From Botryllus schlosseri (lineage: Eukaryota): DNA of 64,000 nt. The translations under genes and the position numbers were made by a program. The stretch spans positions 6,572,001-6,636,000 of the forward strand of contig CM119378.1 in the NCBI GenBank assembly GCA_051294905.1. Reading direction: 5' to 3'. Positions within the stretch are counted from its first letter, which is position 1. Each line of letters starts with the position of its first letter. The notes beneath the pieces are model-generated. The model was not told the DNA's origin. It ran no database searches and worked only from the letters and a program-made list of their open reading frames with translations. Shown here piece after piece: positions 59,453 to 64,000 of the stretch.

Positions 59453-62400
59453 TCATCGAGAGGCCAACGCGTTCACTTTCTCGCTATACTCCTTCTCCAT
59501 TTCTTTTGCGCGTCGCATCGCCTTCTCGTGGTTGTGACTGACGGACCACAGCGGAGGCATGCACTTCGGCTGCATGTTGTTCAAAAAGTGCGTCCGCCAC
59601 CTTTTCTCGAATTCCATCAAGCCCTGCGACAGTTACAGAGTCGTTTTGCAATTATTTTGAAAATTTCCATCAAAAATTTCGGGGATGCTTACCTTCGTTC
59701 CGAGTTTTTTGTAAATCGAAGTCACCACTTTCTCTCCGTGCGGTACGTAGGTCTCGTTTTCAATTCTGGCAAGAAAAGGATAATATTCATTACAGAAATC
59801 AACATTCATCTTATCGGAAGGACCGGGTAAGATCATATGCCGAAGTCATTTTATTACCAACGGAGTAGTAGGCATTGAATCGGGTATTCGAGTGTCGATC
59901 GGTATGACATTCTAAAATCCGATGTATTTACTTCTTACGTGACAGCATAAGTCAGTGGTTCCCAGCCTTTTCAGATGTTGGAGCCGCATTTCAAACTTCA
60001 GAGTACGTAGGGAGCCGCATGAAAGCACTCGAGTGGGCTACTTATAACGAAAATTCAAAGGTAGCTAGCCTACCTCTAGATCTCACCATCCAGCTAATTC
60101 AGAAGCGCGCACATAGACTTCTATAGATTCTATATCGGTTATTTTAGCATTGATAGACGCAGATTGGCGAGCGGTATGAATTGAAATAAACTGAAGATGC
60201 ATGTCATTACTGCAACATGCTACTATCTCGTTATGCGATAGCTCTTCATTCATTCCAGCACTTGATGCACAAGTTTGCGGGGGATTATACGCCGAGTAAT
60301 ATTGGAGTTATTGCGATTGATACTTTGGTTTAAGCTGTGATGTTGGTAAAATTATGTCTGAATTTATTCTTCACAGAGAGGATTTATATAAAGTTCTATG
60401 ACCAGCAGAACTCAAGATATATCCTTGTCCGGCGGGTATTCATCCATGCATTTGACGCTAGTCTGCAAGAATTCTTCCCGGTTTTCACAAGCGGCCTTGG
60501 ACGGCCTTAGTTACAACTAATATTCCTCATTTTAGCATTCATCTACAAAATTGGACTCTGAATATTCATAGAAACAAACACCAACTGTTGCCTATAATAT
60601 TTTTGTGGCATATGTAGAGGTCTATCAGAGCCGCAAGAAGGCTACTTTGGATAGCGACGGTTTGGAATCACTGTCATCAGCGGTGCCACGTTTTAGCATA
60701 CGACCAGGCTGTTACGAACGTGTAGTTAGATAGATTTGGGTTTATTTGAATCAAAGAAAATTAGGGGTTCACCGAAGGCTTGCAGATAACCATAAGGGTT
60801 CCCAGGTCATTAAAGGTTAGGAACCATACTGAACAAGGTTTAATTCCACGAGGCCAGCCCAACTCCTCAATAGTTATATTATCGGAAATACTACACAAAG
60901 AATCAGCAATTGTTTTGCCCTGCAATAATTATCACACCTCGTCTCCAGCTCGGAAGCTTCACGAATTAAGTCCTCCGTGATTTCGTCAGTGTCGAAATAG
61001 CTTTTGACGACGGCTTGCAGTTCGGTTTTTCGCTTTTCCGGTATTTTATCGTTACCGTGGATCAAGAGCGCTCTGCCTGAACAGAATTTTCAGATGGTAA
61101 CAACGGGTAGCCTAAAATTTCCAACGGTAGAGAGTTAACCTGCTGATCGAACACTTCTTCTGGCAGGATCTTCATACAAACGCGCCGCTTGCAGAGAGCC
61201 CTGAAAGAAAAAATGTTCATGACGAAGTAATCACGTTAGAGCGAGTCTTCCATTTGGAAGGAAAATGGCTTTTTTTGAGTCAACACAACAGTATTTACAT
61301 TACCATTTTCAAATTAATTAGTTTTGTGAATTGTAAAAAGTCTCCTTTTTACCTGACCTCAAAATACAGTAACCCTACTTCGATGCTGGGGTGACCAACC
61401 TTTTCGGCAAAAGTGCCATATGGAATTTATGAAACACTATGCGGACCACATGAATGTCGATGACCATTTTTAATAGTCCAAAAGAGAGAGAGAAAAATAA
61501 TTTATAACATCATCGTAAGAACGAACAGCAACAATAGCAAAAGCGACAGATACATACAGGAAAGTCGGTCACAGTCACAGTATAACGTTTGAAAACAAAT
61601 GGGACATGTAAAAATGTAGATGTAGCCTGTAGGCTATATACACAGTCATATAGAATGTATGTTTTTTAATTACGAGATGAAGCTGCAGCAAAGTGATCTG
61701 CTGATGGGAGAATTCGGTCAATCACGTTGTTACGTGCATAAACTTCGGGTTGCCACTGCATACCACTGAGCCCAGTTGAAAGGACGTGATAATTAGGCGC
61801 CTCGAAATATCAATGTCGAAGGTTTCAGTCAACATGCGTCTATCGTTCTGTGCTAAAATTTGAACGTTGAAGATATCTCTACGAGTGCGCGCGCGCGAAG
61901 TCGCATGTTAGACCACACGCTCTCTCATAATCGCGAATAAACTTGAGACATAATTTTGTAAATTGTGCGTAGTATTAATGTTCAATTTTCAGGAGGTGGT
62001 TTCAACGATAAAAGCAACAAATCGAGTGAAGCAAAAAGAAAAATTCGAAGCTGAATAAATAAGCCCGCGACAAATTTCATGTTCCAAGATTCACAGCAAT
62101 ATACACACGCGCAGTTCTACATTTAGATTGAATCCAAGGCAGATGGTAAAACTTTAGTTGAACCTCACAGGCTAAGCCATGGCCATTAACGCAAGAACCT
62201 AGTATTTCCCATGTGCATCAAATTTTATAACGTTTAATCACATCCTACCAAAAACCCTGTTAACGACACTGCAAGAGTATTTGTCGCACTTCCTTGCGCT
62301 AATTACAGTGCAGAGTTGAGCCTACAGCATACAAATCATGCTATTAGCCAAACGTAGTTGTGCAGAATGACAAAGGAAAACTCACTTGATATGAAGACAA

Positions 62401-63372
62401 CTCAATATCACAGACAATACTTCTGTGTTACATCTCAATCAATCTCAAAAAGCAACCGCACTGTCACAAAGCCCGTTCGACATACCTGCGGTGCGCTGAA
62501 TTCTTCCTGTAAATCTTTCTTCATCAAACAATCGTAATAATTGGAACGTTGATGGCACGCGAGGCAAAGAAGCAGAATGTCGTGGGAAGTGTGGTCCTTC
62601 ATGGCCAGCGCAAAATGCCTGAAAATTTGCGACGATTACTGATAATATGTGGAATTAATGATAGTAATGATCAGTTACTCGCACAGTTTACACCAGGGGA
62701 TCTTGATGACTTATTGTCCTTTCACGGACCCCCTAAAACTAATTAGCAAACCCCACTGGAAGAACCCCTGGTTTACACCGTCATTTTAGGGATATTCATT
62801 ACCAATACATGGCAAAAGTCGCCCGCACACATACAGGAAACACTCCGGTAAACATGATCTTAACTCGAGCACAAATGTAACTTGCGAGGGTTAAAAATGC
62901 AAACAATCACATTTCATATCATTCAAGCTCAGATTCCAAAGTTGTTTTCCATAAGATTTTTGAGTTTTTGGATGCACCAAGAGCATAAGAGCCCGAGCAA
63001 CCAAAAGGCAGTGGGTCAAAAAATGCCACTGGACAAATTCACAATAACCAGAGGCGATTACCATAAACATTTGAATGAGGACAGAATCCTGAAGTCCTAC
63101 GAGGGCTCCGGCCGCTATATAATTATATTCCGATAAACGCAAATTCAAAAAGTTATCAAACAATTGTTGCAGAAATTTTGTCAGCAACAGAAATATGTCG
63201 CCTCACCGTCTGTACTCATGCGGCACTACATTCTTCCGCACGTACGAGTCCTCCGATCCGCACACGACACACTTGTTCTCCTTCTCGTACAGATAATAGT
63301 CTCGGTCATCGTCCGGGCGTCCCGATGGCTCGAAGAACAGCCGTATCGTGAAGGGCTCTTCACAAACTCGTT
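59453..63372 (-). CDS. EXD2: EXD2 (exonuclease 3'-5' domain-containing 2), C-terminal exons only; 5' part lies beyond the window
   Basis: Exons 63372-63207, 62618-62486, 61200-61140, 61076-60938, 59765-59693, 59623-59453 (TGA). Translation EEPFTIRLFFEPSGRP..YYL..KENKCVVCGSEDSYVRKNVVPHEYRRHF..MKDHTSHDILLLCLACH..YVPHG..WRTHFLNNMQPKCMPPLWSVSHNH matches the EXD2 C-terminus. Confidence 0.92.
59953..60673. mobile_element. Charlie-like hAT non-autonomous element in an EXD2 intron
   Basis: CAGTGGTTCCCAGCC ... GGTTTGGAATCACTG; GAGCCGCA subterminal motifs at both ends; TSD decayed (5/8). Confidence 0.6.
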
Positions 63373-64000
63373 CTGCGAAAGTAACGGAATCAATCGGATG
63401 AACCGCGGCACTCAAAACACTTTCGTCAGATCTACGGCAGCTGACGGCGGTTAAGGGACATCAATAGCGATTGGGCTTGTAACAGTTCTCAAATCACAAA
63501 TCAGCATCCACTGTGATCAGGGTTGTCACTAACATTTGTCCGTATTTCAAAGGGCGATGTATTATAATACTACTTTGTTCCTACTTCACTTCCTACGTCC
63601 TACTTCACTTTGTCTTCACTGAGGCCACGATTGGGACTGGACAAAAATCATGAAAATCCAAAGATTTTGGCCTACAAAAATTGAAATTTTGACATTTTTT
63701 TATCTCAAAAAACTTGATTTTGACAAAACTTTGCCCTCATGTATGAAAATTAGGTGTTTTGGCACATAATGTCAGAATTGTTGGGGAGAGTGAGTAGGTA
63801 TGGGCCACCAAATCTTGCCAAGCTGTAACTTGGCCCAACTTCCAATAATTGGTCCAATATGCCAATATTTTGGTACAGACAATCAATAGTTATATGGCTA
63901 ACTATTACTGATAGGATTGAACTAAAAAAAAACATGTATTTGGAGGTGACATCAAATTTTATAACAATACATCATTATTGAAAATAAGAAATAGGCTATC

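Noticed and set aside
59144-59830. 228-aa + strand ORF
   Set aside because: It is antisense to EXD2 terminal exons and crosses their introns; no independent homology.

Overview
This is eukaryotic, intron-rich, AT-rich invertebrate genomic DNA. A tunicate or other invertebrate chordate is my inference from the 49-70 nt minimal introns, CpG-rich exons and chordate-like proteins. I rebuilt three protein-coding genes by hand from splice signals and reading phase. (1) A + strand CDON/BOC-family Hedgehog co-receptor: 22 coding exons, 12455-43251, about 1122 aa, with signal peptide, 4 Ig, 3 FN3, TM and cytoplasmic tail. (2) A - strand NEK8 kinase with RCC1 repeats: 18 exons, 57929-48499, about 711 aa. 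(3) The 3' part of a - strand EXD2 gene, which runs off the right end. Introns and intergenic DNA are full of non-autonomous DNA transposons: several hAT MITE families with 8-bp TSDs (including a ~600-bp foldback family) and a MULE-like family with 9-bp TSDs. There are also LINE 3' ends, a hAT transposase remnant and a minisatellite. The most unusual observation is a 74-aa polybasic insert, encoded by two extra small exons and bracketed by furin-type sites, in the middle of Ig1 of the CDON/BOC protein. No tRNA, rRNA or CRISPR array is supported. Human reference sequences quoted are recalled from memory and need checking by alignment.
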